Source: a virus (lineage: Duplodnaviria; Caudoviricetes). Taken from it: 55,830 nt of DNA. The first letter of the stretch is position 1, and each line of letters begins with the position of its first letter. Location of the stretch: positions 1 to 55,830 of the IMG/VR virus record IMGVR_UViG_3300020438_000050; one strand, given 5' to 3'. Positions 37,801 to 48,700 of the stretch are shown here, piece after piece. Position numbers and translations under genes: made by a program. A model generated the notes under the pieces. It made no database searches, was not told the origin of the DNA, and was given only the letters and a program-made list of their open reading frames with translations.

Positions 37801-40596
37801 TGTCATATTTCTTAAACCTGTACCGTTTCTCATATGGAACATATTTTCAGCTTCAGAACCTGTTACCGAGTTTACATAAAGTTCTGCTGCAATAAATGAC
37901 TTATAGTTACCAGTGTAAATCAAATCATATTGTATTGCATCAATATATCTACTTACATCTCTTTCGCACTTTGCACTATCATAATATAAATCTACTGTAG
38001 CAGTACCTGTTGCTGTAGTAAGCGCAACTGCTGCGCCGCCTCTTGTAAGAGATACTGTAAATGTTGTTCCACTATCAACAGTTTTTACATAATAGGTTGT
38101 TCCTGTGCTAATGCCGCCAAACGTTGTACCTGTAAATCTAATTGCTGTTCCAACATTCATCCAAGATGTGTCTGTAATTGTAAGTACATTAGTAGTTACA
38201 GTTGTATTTGTCACTGTGTCAGTATACGTATCTTGTACATATGCTGTTGTTTCTGCAATAATAAATGCTCTATTTTCTTCTAATGCTTCAATAGCATAAG
38301 TGTAATCTGTAGTAGTATTAGGTGTATTACTTCCTGCATAAATCGGTGCTACAGAGTCTCCTGAAGCTCCAGTAATTTGATAGTCAATATAATCATACAT
38401 TTGTCTAGCAAGATTGGCCGCAGCTTCGCCTGCTGCTGTTGCGCCTGCAGGAGTAGTTGTAACTTGTGTTTCACTATTTCCTGTGGTTTTTGTATACGCA
38501 GTATTAGTTGCAATATCGTCTAAGAATGTTTCCATGTGTGCAAGCACACCTAAACTATAGTCAACTTCTGATGTGTGTACATAAGAACCAGCTGGCGTAA
38601 TCCTTGTTGAGCGAAGTTCGTCGCCTACAACTGCTGTTCTTTTGGGAACAATCATTGGCGATACTTCTGTAAACTCTCCAGTTTTTACAAAGAGTGTATG
38701 TGTTGGTTCTAGTAGTGCAGGTACACCAGTATCTGTTTGTGCATCAATAGCAGTAATTAAAATATCTAATAAATTTTCTGCAAGTGTTTGTGAACCAGGC
38801 TCTTCAATTTTTGTAGCATCAATAACTTGATTAAAGGAACTATACACAGTTCCTGGTGCTACGTTTGACATAACAGCATCAATTACTACTTTCATTTGAC
38901 TAACTGTTGCCGATAATTGCTCATCTTCGTCATCAATAGATGCAATTAACGACCCGCCTGAGAAGTACGTAAGTGTTGCTTCTCTTATTCTTTCGTTTCC
39001 GCCGTGACTCATATCCCAAATTAATGCATCAAGGATTTGACCCATATCTCTACGACACGATGCAACATTGTCATTTACAAATCCTGCCCAAATACCTGAG
39101 CCGCCTGCAACTTGTGTGTTTACCCATTCTACTAATTCTTCTTGAATAAAGCTTCTATTTCTTCTTAACAATGTAGTTGATTGTACACGTAAATGTCCAA
39201 TTTCAATTCTTTCAAGTCCATAGCGTACAGTTTTAAACGGTTTATCTAACGTATAACCATAATCAGTAGCGTCTGAGCCTGACGGTGCTACATAAAAAAC
39301 ATTATTAATAATGCCGTAGTCTGACCAAACAAGATCCTCTCCAGATACTTTAAGCACTTGGCCATCTTGTCCTATTGGTAGTCTTGTTGCGCCGCCACCT
39401 GAGTAGTAAACAATATCACCGCTTGTTGTTAGTACGCTTGTTTCTGAGCCGCCTACTAATTGATTCCATTCACTACCATCTAAATCTTGATCTGGTCTAT
39501 TTTGTAGTGTTGTTTCGTCTGACGTATGTGTTGCTACTGCAATATAACTAGAGTTATTATGTCTGACCATATCACCTAGATCGTATACTGTTGCGTCTGA
39601 CCAGTTGCCTTTCCATTTAGCACCTGCATTAAGTCTTGACCAATAATTTACATTAGGTGGTTTCTGTGCGCCACTTTCATGCTCTTCAATACATAGATAA
39701 GTATAACCGCCTACTGTAACTACGTCACCTACACGGTAATCTTGGTTAGTTGAATCTTCGCCCCATTCGCCTACAAAATTAAATCCTGTAGAAAACACAT
39801 CCCAATCTGTTAAACTTGTTGTTGGTTTTGCATCTAGGTTATTTGTTTTAGCAGCATATTGATATCCGCCAAATGTTACTATATCGCCAGGTTGATATCT
39901 AGTTTGTTGGTCCCAGCTATCTTCAAACTCCAGTCCTTCAATAAACTGAGCCCACTTAGCTTCGTCTGTTGTGAATAATATGCCGCTAGTATGAAACTGT
40001 GTACAAATCCAAAGTCCGCCACCGTATTTTACAATGTCATTAACTTTATATCTTACTTCTGCAGACCAATTAGTTTTATATTCAAAACCGTTATTTACAA
40101 CATCCCACTTTAGACTGTCGTTCTCAAGTCCTAGTGTATCTGTAGCTGCAGCTGTATGGGCTTCACTACATCTGTAAATCAAGCCTCCGTATTTTACTGC
40201 GTCACCGACTTTGTATACGGTACCTGCTACCCAAATACTTTTCCACTCTAATCCAGTAGTAGAAAATACGTCCCATTTTGCTTGGTCTAATTCAAGCGTA
40301 CCTTGTGACATATGTCCGTCAATACAAATATATACAGTGGATCCGTATTTAACTAAATCGTTTAATTGATATTGTACTGAGCTTGACCAGTCTCCTAACC
40401 AACCTAGACCATCTGAAAACAGTTCCCACTTTGCAGAATCTAAATCTAAATTAAAGTCTGACTTTGCTGTGTGTCCTGTTACACAAATGTAGGTTTTTCC
40501 GTTGACTTTTACTACGTCATCTACATAATATACAGTAGAAGCATTCCAGTCGTTTTTGTATACGAATCTGATTCTACCTAATTTAAATTCTGCCAT
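34888..40596 (-). CDS. Large tail fibre/spike: 7 CBM5/12-like repeats, beta-helix-like region, BNR-like propeller
   Basis: W....Y...D.V.YGG..Y.C...H repeats; SxDGxxW Asp-box-like repeats; C-terminal domain shared with 40627-45021. Confidence 0.8.
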   Translation of the reverse strand: MAEFKLGRIRFVYKNDWNASTVYYVDDVVKVNGKTYICVTGHTAKSDFNLDLDSAKWELFSDGLGWLGDWSSSVQYQLNDLVKYGSTVYICIDGHMSQGTLELDQAKWDVFSTTGLEWKSIWVAGTVYKVGDAVKYGGLIYRCSEAHTAAATDTLGLENDSLKWDVVNNGFEYKTNWSAEVRYKVNDIVKYGGGLWICTQFHTSGILFTTDEAKWAQFIEGLEFEDSWDQQTRYQPGDIVTFGGYQYAAKTNNLDAKPTTSLTDWDVFSTGFNFVGEWGEDSTNQDYRVGDVVTVGGYTYLCIEEHESGAQKPPNVNYWSRLNAGAKWKGNWSDATVYDLGDMVRHNNSSYIAVATHTSDETTLQNRPDQDLDGSEWNQLVGGSETSVLTTSGDIVYYSGGGATRLPIGQDGQVLKVSGEDLVWSDYGIINNVFYVAPSGSDATDYGYTLDKPFKTVRYGLERIEIGHLRVQSTTLLRRNRSFIQEELVEWVNTQVAGGSGIWAGFVNDNVASCRRDMGQILDALIWDMSHGGNERIREATLTYFSGGSLIASIDDEDEQLSATVSQMKVVIDAVMSNVAPGTVYSSFNQVIDATKIEEPGSQTLAENLLDILITAIDAQTDTGVPALLEPTHTLFVKTGEFTEVSPMIVPKRTAVVGDELRSTRITPAGSYVHTSEVDYSLGVLAHMETFLDDIATNTAYTKTTGNSETQVTTTPAGATAAGEAAANLARQMYDYIDYQITGASGDSVAPIYAGSNTPNTTTDYTYAIEALEENRAFIIAETTAYVQDTYTDTVTNTTVTTNVLTITDTSWMNVGTAIRFTGTTFGGISTGTTYYVKTVDSGTTFTVSLTRGGAAVALTTATGTATVDLYYDSAKCERDVSRYIDAIQYDLIYTGNYKSFIAAELYVNSVTGSEAENMFHMRNGTGLRNMTLSGLTGTLGSDNAYGTKRPSAGAYVSLDPGWGTQDQDVWIANKSPYVQNVSTFGTACVGMKVDGALHDGGYDSMVANDFTQVLSDGIGYWVTNLGRSELVSVFTYYNHIGYLSENGGKIRATNGNNSYGAFGSVAEGVDDTESPITATVNNRGFEAQVSNVYTDNDKIFALEYSNAGSSYTSENNAITFSGIGYGQDFVLEETRDNAVFEIRMLTSGEDYRSASNSPQTGNTTSITLAGQDTAPSVAYTGMRLMIIAGKGSGQYGYIQSYNAGTKVATIYRETDDQAGWEHIIPGTVIETTLDQTSTYIIEPRISVAAPSTPSYNGGAAPNSGTYRTTNVYDAIAYGNDVYVALSSTNTDSMVSTVRGSWTPGGDIFTAGGATPAAQNNIAYGKIGASHYFMSTPVASGTQGAYTNDNGATWTLSTLSATATWVDIAFGEGKFMAIAASGEVAVSTDGQTWTAGTTLPTIGNNYSAVAFGNHGRWVVMSEGQDTAYSDNDGAGWTAGSANSALTFKSIAFGNSKWVATATGTDTANYSLDGITWYATTLTASGDWTTIEYGQGVFYAVDETTGQKANTSKDGLNWVASTITFANNHKAAAFGNPSGIPTWVTVGGNGTNHVIQYQKNVREAFARCIVESGQISAFKILEPGSGYDSAPTVTITDPNDTAAATFTVRVGDGALGQPTFRERGTDWESATATVTGDGFGDIYQNGGYVKVDGLTDVPIEGSNITFAGNSTVYKLVNVLGLLGSGPYTAELQLSPAVTIALAPEHNDALESRLRYSQVRLTGHDFLDIGTGNFANTNYPGDPAITPSAAKETVEGGGGRVFYTSTDQDGNFKVGELFSVEQSTGKSSLNADAFNLAGLQELQLGSVTLGSSNTAVNEFSTDGTFAANSDNIVPTQKAIRTYIQSQIGGGGATLNVNSITAGEVNLTLNTISNTEGNVINITSPVKFTGSIDGAALALNYFLQR

Positions 40597-40626
40597 GTGT
40601 TACTCCAACAAGTTTATTATACATAT

Positions 40627-43600
40627 TTATCCGTTCCCTAAAAACAACGCCTGCTGTAAATAAGTTCCGTCGATGCCATTTTTAAAATATAAATCAGCGT
40701 CGATATTAATTCTATTTGTTTCAGTTGAGATATTGTTGTTTAGTATTTGTATTTGACCAGCAACTAATCCGTTAACTGTAAGATTGGCTGAACCGCCGCC
40801 AATTCTTGATTCAATAAATGCCTTTACTGCCTTTTGTGTAGGCACTACTTCGTCACTGTTAGCACTCATTGTTGCATCAGTACTAAATTCACGTACTGTT
40901 GCACTTGTGCCACCTAAGCGTACTCCGCCTAATCTTAGTTCATCTAGACCTTGTAATTCAAATGCGTCCGCATTCAAAGTAATAATACCAGTCGCCTGCT
41001 CTACTTCAAATAACTCGCCCACTCTAAAGTTACCATCTTGGTCTGTACTTGTGTAGAACACTCGTCCGCCGCCACTATCCACTGCCTCGTAAGATTGTGT
41101 AGGTTCGTTAGTAGATGTATATCCTTCTAAGTATCTAGTAGGATAATCAGAGTCTACAAAGTTTCCTGAACCAATGTCAAGAAAGTCATGTCCTGTTAAT
41201 CGTACTTGACTATAACTTTCTCTAATAGTTACCGAATCTGTATGTTCGGGAGATTCTATTGCTGAAATTAATGGACTTACAGTTAGCGTTGCTGCTTGAT
41301 TGCCTAAACTTCCAGTAACATTATCAATGTCAACAAGTCTATAAATTGTATCATTTCCAGTAAACTGAACGTTTGCTCCAGGTCCTGGTAGATTATCCAT
41401 GTTAGTTACATGTATAAATTTACCAATTTGATATTCGTCTGCATACCCGTCGCCGGACACTGTTGCAAGAGCAGTTACATAACCTGCACCTCTGTTAGAC
41501 CATGTAGGTTGTGTAAGTACACCGTTGCCTACTCGCACTGTCCACGAACCGTTTGCAGTTTTATTTGGATCTGTTATTGTAATTACAGGAGGTACACCTA
41601 CAGTATAGCCGCTTCCTGGATTAACAATTTTAAACTCTCCTAGCCCGCCGCCTGATATATCTAGTCTAATTAAAGCTTGTGTTCCTGAGGCCGGTGCCGG
41701 AACAATTACTCTAGGTTCAATTTGGTATCTAGAAGTACTATCTGGTATTTGTAATGCAGTTCCTGGTGCCATATGATCCCAACCGTATACGCCGTCGGAC
41801 TCTTTAGCAATTACACAATCTTTTGTTGCAATGTCATAAGCTGTAATATATCCATACTGTCCTGCGCCTGCCCCACTAATAATAACAATACGCATTCCTG
41901 CATAATTATCATATGTGTTTGAATCAGCTGCTGATATTTTTATATTACCTAATACATCAACAGGACCGTCTTGTGCATTACCTTGCAATTGCACATATCC
42001 TGCTCCTAAAGGACTTTCGCCTACACCGGTTAATCTTACTTGGAATATGCCTCCGTTGACTACATTTGCACTTGTAATAGATGCTCCTGTTCCGGTACCT
42101 GTTACTCCATAAGTAGCTGCTGTATATGCTTCACCTGCATTTGAATATTCAAATGCAAGAATGTTTTCACCATCTGTAATTACATTAGCTATTTGTGCTT
42201 CTGTTGATCTGTTGTTTACTTGCGCCGAAATAGCTGTTTCAGTGTTGTCTACGCCTTCTGCTACAGACCCATATTTGCCATAAGAGTTATTACCATTTGT
42301 TCCTCTTATTTTGCCTCCGTCCTCTGCAAGATAACCAATATGATTATAATATGTGAATACACTTACAAGTTCTGATCTAGCTAGATTAGTTACCCAAACT
42401 CCGATACCGTCACTTAGTACTTGTGTAAAGTCATTTGCTACAACCGAGTCATATCCTCCATTATGTAAGTCGCCGTCAATTTTAAGACCTGTACATGCTG
42501 TTCCAAACGTTGATACATTTTGTACATATGGCGATTTATAAATCCATTTTGTTGAATCTGCTGGGCCTGTGCCAGGGTCTAATGAAACATAACACGAGTC
42601 ATTAACAGGACGTCTTGTTAGATATGCATTATCAGCACCCAATACATCTGATAACCCTTGTAATGTCATATTTCTAATTCCGCAAGCACTATTTACATAG
42701 AACATTTTTGACTGTTCATATCCTGCTGCAGGTTGAACGATAGTGCTTCTAAGCTCGTCGCCTACTAATGCACAATTTCTTGGTAAACTAATAGGAAGTA
42801 TTTCTGAATATATGCCAGTCTTAACAAATATAGTTGTATTTGGATATGTAGAATAAGTTACATAAAAATTTATACTATTATCTACTACGTATTCGCCAGT
42901 ATATAATTCTAAGTTTGATTCAATAGCATCTATAATATCTTTCACAGCATCGTTTTGTGCTTTTGTATTACCTGTAGATTGACTTTCGTAACGGTATGCT
43001 ACACTGGTATCGCCTGCTTCAACTGAAGTCGATGCATTAACATCTGCATATACAAGTCCTGTGCTAGGATTTATAGAATTAAGCAATGCAGATAAATTAG
43101 GAGCTGTAGATGTAATATCTACACTTGATGCAATTTTTGATATTGCTGTTTGTAGCACATATTGATCTATAGATCCTGTAATATCGTAAGGTACAGTGTT
43201 AAATTTTGTAGTTGCATCATTGGCTGTTATAAAGTCAGCTGCATATTTTATTGTTGCAAATGGAGCAGATAAACTTGTTCCGTTAGCGGCTCCGTCAACG
43301 CCGTCTGCTGAAACATAATAAACTTTTGCAACATAATCAGCAGCAGTCCACTCTAATTCTGTTCCTGTGCTTGATAATATTGTTCCTTCACCGCCCTTGC
43401 CAAATCTTTGTTTGTTAAGCTTTCCTGGATTATTATCATATGTGATTAAGTCGCCTCGAGTAGTTAGCACGTTTGTACTAAATCCTTCAGCAAACAGTTC
43501 CCAATTATAGCCAGCGCCAGCATAATCTGTATCAGGACGCTTATCTGTAGATCCTAAATGCGGAACTTTTGCTTTGTAAGTATTGCTACCGTATGTTGCA

Positions 43601-45021
43601 AGGTCTCCTTGTTTATATTCTATATCAGCATACCACTGACCTGTCCAGTATGTACCAGGAATAACCATCTTCCAATGCGGTTCGCTAGGCGGTTCTATGC
43701 TTGTGTTATCTAAAATTGCTGTATATAAATTACCATTATGTCTTACAGTATCGCCTACAAAATATTCTAAAGCACTATCATATCCGTAATCTTCTCTAAA
43801 CTTATAGGCTTCTGTTACCTGTTGCCATGTAGCAGTATCTGACGGTTGTGGTTTTACATTAGTGCTATTAGCTTTTGCTCTATAATTATAACCGCCATAG
43901 CTAACTACATCACCTATTTGATAGTAACTAGTATCACTCCATTGGTTGTCAAATTCTAATCCATCAAGGAATAATGACCAATATCCGGAAGTATGATCTG
44001 CTGCAAACGTAGTTGCTGTATGATGTGTTGTACAAATCCACAAGCTTCCGCCTTCTTTTACAATATCATTTACTCTATATGTAGTGTCGGCCCATGATTG
44101 TAAATAAGATATAGAATCATAAAATACTGACCATTTTGCTATGTCTAGATTTAATCCTAATTCTTGATTATCAGCACTTGTATGTCCTTCAGTACAACGA
44201 TATAATCTACCTCCGTATCTGACAACGTCATTTACTCTATATCTTGTGCTAGTTAACCAGTTATTTCTATAATCAATTGCCTTCGCTAAAGCTGTCCAAT
44301 TATGTTGGTCAACTTCTAATCCATTAGTATCAGTACCAGAACTATTATGCGGATACAAACATACATAAACTATTCCATTATAGTTTACTACGTCTCCAAA
44401 TTCGTAGTAAATACCTGTTGCCCAGTCGCCGCTCCATGTTGTTCCCGGAACTTGGAGTTCCCATTTAGCGTCTGTAGAAAGATCGATTGAATTACCCATT
44501 CCTGTATGTGCATTACAATAGTAAAATAAATTAATATTGTCGTCTGCAACTGTAATTCTTATTTCTCTATAAGTTGCACTTGTAAACTGAGAAATATATG
44601 TTGACTTTGTAACTTGAACTTTATTAATGTAATATTCAACATCATCGTCATAGCTAAAGCCGCCATTTACATGTGTGCCGTCTTCTAAAGGACTGAATAA
44701 AAGCGGATGTGTATCGTTTGTGGCGTCATCTAAATTAAAGACATATGTCAATCCTCTTTTTAATACAAGTGCAGGGTTTTCTTGTCCGTTAACATAAAAT
44801 ACATTTGCAGTATCAAGAGTATTTCTACCTACAGTAGTAGTAAGGTCTTGTACATATGTTCCGTAATCATCATAAAACGAAGTTGCACTCGAAGTGTGTC
44901 CTACAAGAGCAACATATGTACTGCCTTCGTAGTGTACAATGTCATCTTTGGTATATGCAGTTGCTATTGCCCAACTGTTTTTCCAATTAAATCTTATTCT
45001 GTCTAATTTAAAATCTGCCAT
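40627..45021 (-). CDS. Large tail fibre/spike, paralogue of 34888-40596, with cupredoxin-like insert
   Basis: MADFKLDRIRF vs MAEFKLGRIRF; 7 CBM-like repeats; HPL...YYCNAHTGMG; shared VRLTGHDFLDIG, GGGRVFYTSTDQDGNF, VPTQKA. Confidence 0.8.
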   Translation of the reverse strand: MADFKLDRIRFNWKNSWAIATAYTKDDIVHYEGSTYVALVGHTSSATSFYDDYGTYVQDLTTTVGRNTLDTANVFYVNGQENPALVLKRGLTYVFNLDDATNDTHPLLFSPLEDGTHVNGGFSYDDDVEYYINKVQVTKSTYISQFTSATYREIRITVADDNINLFYYCNAHTGMGNSIDLSTDAKWELQVPGTTWSGDWATGIYYEFGDVVNYNGIVYVCLYPHNSSGTDTNGLEVDQHNWTALAKAIDYRNNWLTSTRYRVNDVVRYGGRLYRCTEGHTSADNQELGLNLDIAKWSVFYDSISYLQSWADTTYRVNDIVKEGGSLWICTTHHTATTFAADHTSGYWSLFLDGLEFDNQWSDTSYYQIGDVVSYGGYNYRAKANSTNVKPQPSDTATWQQVTEAYKFREDYGYDSALEYFVGDTVRHNGNLYTAILDNTSIEPPSEPHWKMVIPGTYWTGQWYADIEYKQGDLATYGSNTYKAKVPHLGSTDKRPDTDYAGAGYNWELFAEGFSTNVLTTRGDLITYDNNPGKLNKQRFGKGGEGTILSSTGTELEWTAADYVAKVYYVSADGVDGAANGTSLSAPFATIKYAADFITANDATTKFNTVPYDITGSIDQYVLQTAISKIASSVDITSTAPNLSALLNSINPSTGLVYADVNASTSVEAGDTSVAYRYESQSTGNTKAQNDAVKDIIDAIESNLELYTGEYVVDNSINFYVTYSTYPNTTIFVKTGIYSEILPISLPRNCALVGDELRSTIVQPAAGYEQSKMFYVNSACGIRNMTLQGLSDVLGADNAYLTRRPVNDSCYVSLDPGTGPADSTKWIYKSPYVQNVSTFGTACTGLKIDGDLHNGGYDSVVANDFTQVLSDGIGVWVTNLARSELVSVFTYYNHIGYLAEDGGKIRGTNGNNSYGKYGSVAEGVDNTETAISAQVNNRSTEAQIANVITDGENILAFEYSNAGEAYTAATYGVTGTGTGASITSANVVNGGIFQVRLTGVGESPLGAGYVQLQGNAQDGPVDVLGNIKISAADSNTYDNYAGMRIVIISGAGAGQYGYITAYDIATKDCVIAKESDGVYGWDHMAPGTALQIPDSTSRYQIEPRVIVPAPASGTQALIRLDISGGGLGEFKIVNPGSGYTVGVPPVITITDPNKTANGSWTVRVGNGVLTQPTWSNRGAGYVTALATVSGDGYADEYQIGKFIHVTNMDNLPGPGANVQFTGNDTIYRLVDIDNVTGSLGNQAATLTVSPLISAIESPEHTDSVTIRESYSQVRLTGHDFLDIGSGNFVDSDYPTRYLEGYTSTNEPTQSYEAVDSGGGRVFYTSTDQDGNFRVGELFEVEQATGIITLNADAFELQGLDELRLGGVRLGGTSATVREFSTDATMSANSDEVVPTQKAVKAFIESRIGGGSANLTVNGLVAGQIQILNNNISTETNRINIDADLYFKNGIDGTYLQQALFLGNG

Positions 45022-45035
45022 TTTTTATTTTCCAA

Positions 45036-45407
45036 TTATGTTCCACTTGTTGACGAATTATCATCGTAAGTGTGTGATCTATTAATGCTTGCTACTAGCT
45101 CACCTTCTGAATCTATATAATACCAAATATTTGTTTCGTCCCATTTGTATTGTTCGTAGTTTAAATTACTGTAAACTGGTTCGTGAGCAACGTTTCGGCC
45201 TTCGTAAAAATCTGCGCCTCTTTCAAAATTATCATAGTCACTTGTATTTACTCCAGGCTTATTAATTTGGATACTATCACTATGATTCATTTGGTCAAGT
45301 TTTCCTAAGAAAAGTTCGCCCTTGTCTGTTCTACGCAAACCGTAAAAATATCTATTTTTTACTTGCTTTTGTACCTCTTCTGGCGATTGTCCTAAATATG
45401 ATGTCAT
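45036..45407 (-). CDS. Small hypothetical structural/connector protein
   Basis: 123-aa ORF tightly packed in the fibre operon; SD-like AAGGGG. Confidence 0.6.
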   Translation of the reverse strand: MTSYLGQSPEEVQKQVKNRYFYGLRRTDKGELFLGKLDQMNHSDSIQINKPGVNTSDYDNFERGADFYEGRNVAHEPVYSNLNYEQYKWDETNIWYYIDSEGELVASINRSHTYDDNSSTSGT

Positions 45408-45417
45408 TACTTTCCCC

Positions 45418-45747
45418 TTATACTATGTCTACGTAACTAATTACTGCGTCTAAAGAATCATCTTGATCAGCTTGCACAAGCAAAGTATTAGACGGTGCAA
45501 GAATTAATTTTTCTCCTGCACTTAACGCCCTCAAACTAGAATTAGCAGGAACCATTACATCTTTCATAAAATGTCCTTGCACACTTGTATCGTCATTAAT
45601 TAAAATATTAGCATAAATTACATTTTCAGTTAAGTTTGCTAAATTAAAACCAATAATAGTTGATCGTGTAGCTGAATCTGTTTCTATTGCTACAATTGGC
45701 AGTACACCAATGTCTTTAATTACTTTATTTTTAAATATTGTTGCCAT
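45418..45747 (-). CDS. Small fibre-adaptor-like protein (paralogue 2)
   Basis: STIIGFNLAN...VPANSSL...EKLILAPSNTL...VISYVDI. Confidence 0.6.
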   Translation of the reverse strand: MATIFKNKVIKDIGVLPIVAIETDSATRSTIIGFNLANLTENVIYANILINDDTSVQGHFMKDVMVPANSSLRALSAGEKLILAPSNTLLVQADQDDSLDAVISYVDIV

Positions 45748-45751
45748 TTTT

Positions 45752-48700
45752 TTATCCTAATAATATTACATATTCAATTGCTAATTCTTCTGCTGCAGAA
45801 TAACTAATCGATCCAGAAGTACCTGCTACAGAAACCCAAGTAGTACCATCATATATTTCTAAGTACGCTTGCTGGGTATTGAAACGAACCATACCTGTTT
45901 CTCTATAAGCTGCGGCAGGTCTTTCTGTGTTTGATCCCACAGGTACAACAAATCCATTTGTACCTTCAATTTTAAAATATCCGCTTCCTGTTTGTTGAAA
46001 CAATAACGGACTGTCTGCAAGTGTGTTAGTAATAGTGCTGTCTTTAAATGAAACATTATCAAACGCAACTGCTCCTGTACCATTTGCAGATAATGTTAAA
46101 TTAGTGTCAGCTGTAGTTATACCAACTACATTGCCGTCAATGTATATATCATCTACATCAATTCTAGGTGTTTCTAATGTTGTTGCATTTATACTTAATC
46201 TTTCTGCGCCTGAAACATACATTCTAATAGTATCATCATTTGCTCCTGGTGTAAGCTCTGGAGTAATATATGTATCTTGATCTAAATCATATACACCGTT
46301 TAATGCTGTCCAATTTCCGTTATAGCCTTCAAATAAATTTGTGTCTGTATTATAACGAATCATACCGTTTGCAGGCGTAGGACGACTAGCTGTATTTCCT
46401 GTTGGCAGCTGTAAGCTACCTGTAGATGTTACTTTGATATTGCCGCTAGCACTATTTAAATTAATATCTCCTGATAAACTACTAAGTGTATTTCCACTTA
46501 ATCTTAGATTACCTGTATCTATTTCTGTCCCTGTAAGCGTTGTTGTACTAGATCCAGTAGTGATAGTTAAACCACTAGTTGTGTCAATATTAAATTCGCT
46601 GCTGGTGAAGTCTACTGTTCCGTCTTCTTGATTGACATGGAATAAATCACCTACTCTAAAGTCACCTTTATGATCAACTGAGCTATATCTAATTTTAGCA
46701 TTGTTTAATTCAGTAACTTCTTGGCTTTGCACAACTGCTGTTGTATCATTTGTAACTTCTTTTCCTGTACCAATGTATGCAAAATTCTGTGATATCAAGT
46801 ACATTAATATACCACTACCGTCGCCATATGCTCCGTAATTGCCGTAAACATTAGCACTTGCTATTGATCTTACTTCGCCGCCAAAATCAGTTTTATCTGC
46901 TAGTGTAACAAAATTAGCTGTTGCTCCGCCGCTAAACCTAAGGTCTTGAGATTGTGTTGCGTCATCAGTAATTGTTTCTGAACTATCATCTGCATTATTA
47001 AAATGTAATAGTAATACTGTATTTGTATCGCTAACAAATGCAGAACTTACTGCTCCAAAACTAGATGTATATCTTCCTAAGCCTTTTGTTATACGAACTT
47101 CGTCTATGTTGCCATCTAAAAATTCTGCTGAAGCATTCCATTTAGTTCCTATTAAGAATGGTTTAGCCGTTGCTAAGTCTGTTGATACAGTTCCTGTTGC
47201 TTCTTCAGTACCATTAACAAATATTTTCATTGTTGTGCCGGTACGTGATACAGCAACATGATACCATGTACTTGTAGTGAGTGTTGTTGATCCAGTAAGC
47301 ACAGTTGCTCCGTTAATATAAACTTTAGGAACACCTGCATCTACATTTAAATATAATCCAACATCGGTGTCTGCACCAGAACGGAAATCAAATAAACTTC
47401 GCACTCCTGTAACTGTATCAAAGTAGAAAAATCCTTCTACTGTAAAGTCACCTGTTCCAAACCCAAAATCATTATTAGATGCAACACCTACGTAATCTTC
47501 AGTACCATCTAATATTAAACTACTTGTACCAAACTTTTTAATTGCTGTGTCTGTTACAGGATTTTGATACCTAGTAACAGTTTTTCCACTTCTTTCTGTA
47601 GCTACTTGTAACGCTGACAAATTGCCGTTTACATAAAATTTATTATCTGCATCAACTGAATCTACAGTTCCGCTTGCTAGCAAAGTAGTGCCGTCAGTAT
47701 CATAATAAGAAAAAGTTTGACTCGGAGCTATAGTTCCAACTAAGCCGTCTACTCTAACAGCAGTTTTACCAGTACCTTTAAGTCCTGTGGCGCCGTCTAC
47801 TGCATACAATCCTTTGTTTGCAAAGTAAGTAAAACAGTTTAACCATTCTACTCTAACACCGTTTGTAATAGTCAGAGCATCTACTCCTGGCGTAATAAAA
47901 GTTACACTATGAAATAAACAGCCAGCTTCTCTTGACCCAGATGTTGCTACAGCACCATCAAGATATGCACCCTTGCCTGCATCACCAGAATCAAATCCTC
48001 TAGGATCACTGCCTGTTGTTGTGGAGCCTGCTGTAATTACTGAAACATTTCTTACATAAGGTGATCTTGAAGTAACTGTAAACCCAGTAGCAAATTTAAA
48101 TGCGTAACCTGTAAAGAAGTCTTTTATTGTTAAATCTTCTACGGTGCTTTCGCCATTAAGATAAAATGCATCGTTATTTTGTGTAATTGCAGTAGGTGTA
48201 ATGTTTACACCTCGCATAGAATGACCTTTGACTGTAACTCCTGCAGGAATTGTCATTGGAAATACTTCTTGATATGTCCCGGGATATATATGTACTGTGT
48301 CGCCGTCTGTAGCTTGCGTTAACGCTTGTGATATACTAGCATACGGGTCATTTGGATGTGTTCCTGTGTTTACATCGTTTCCGTTCTCAGCAACATAAAA
48401 TATATTACCTTGTCTTAGATTTAAATCTATTCCGTCAATTGCAATTTCGTCAGCTTGGACAGTACCAGCATATACTGTGCTACTATACACTTCATTCCAT
48501 TGTTTACCTGCTGTGTCTGGGTTTGATCCAAGAGCATATGTGTCTGTAATATCTGGTATAATATCTGATGCAATTTCTGCGTTGAATGTTACATTGTCAG
48601 TATCTGCATCACCTATAGTAATATTACCATCTGCTGTAATGCTACCAGTTGCATTAATATCGCCGTATACATTTGTATTAGCATAAACTTCTACAGTACC

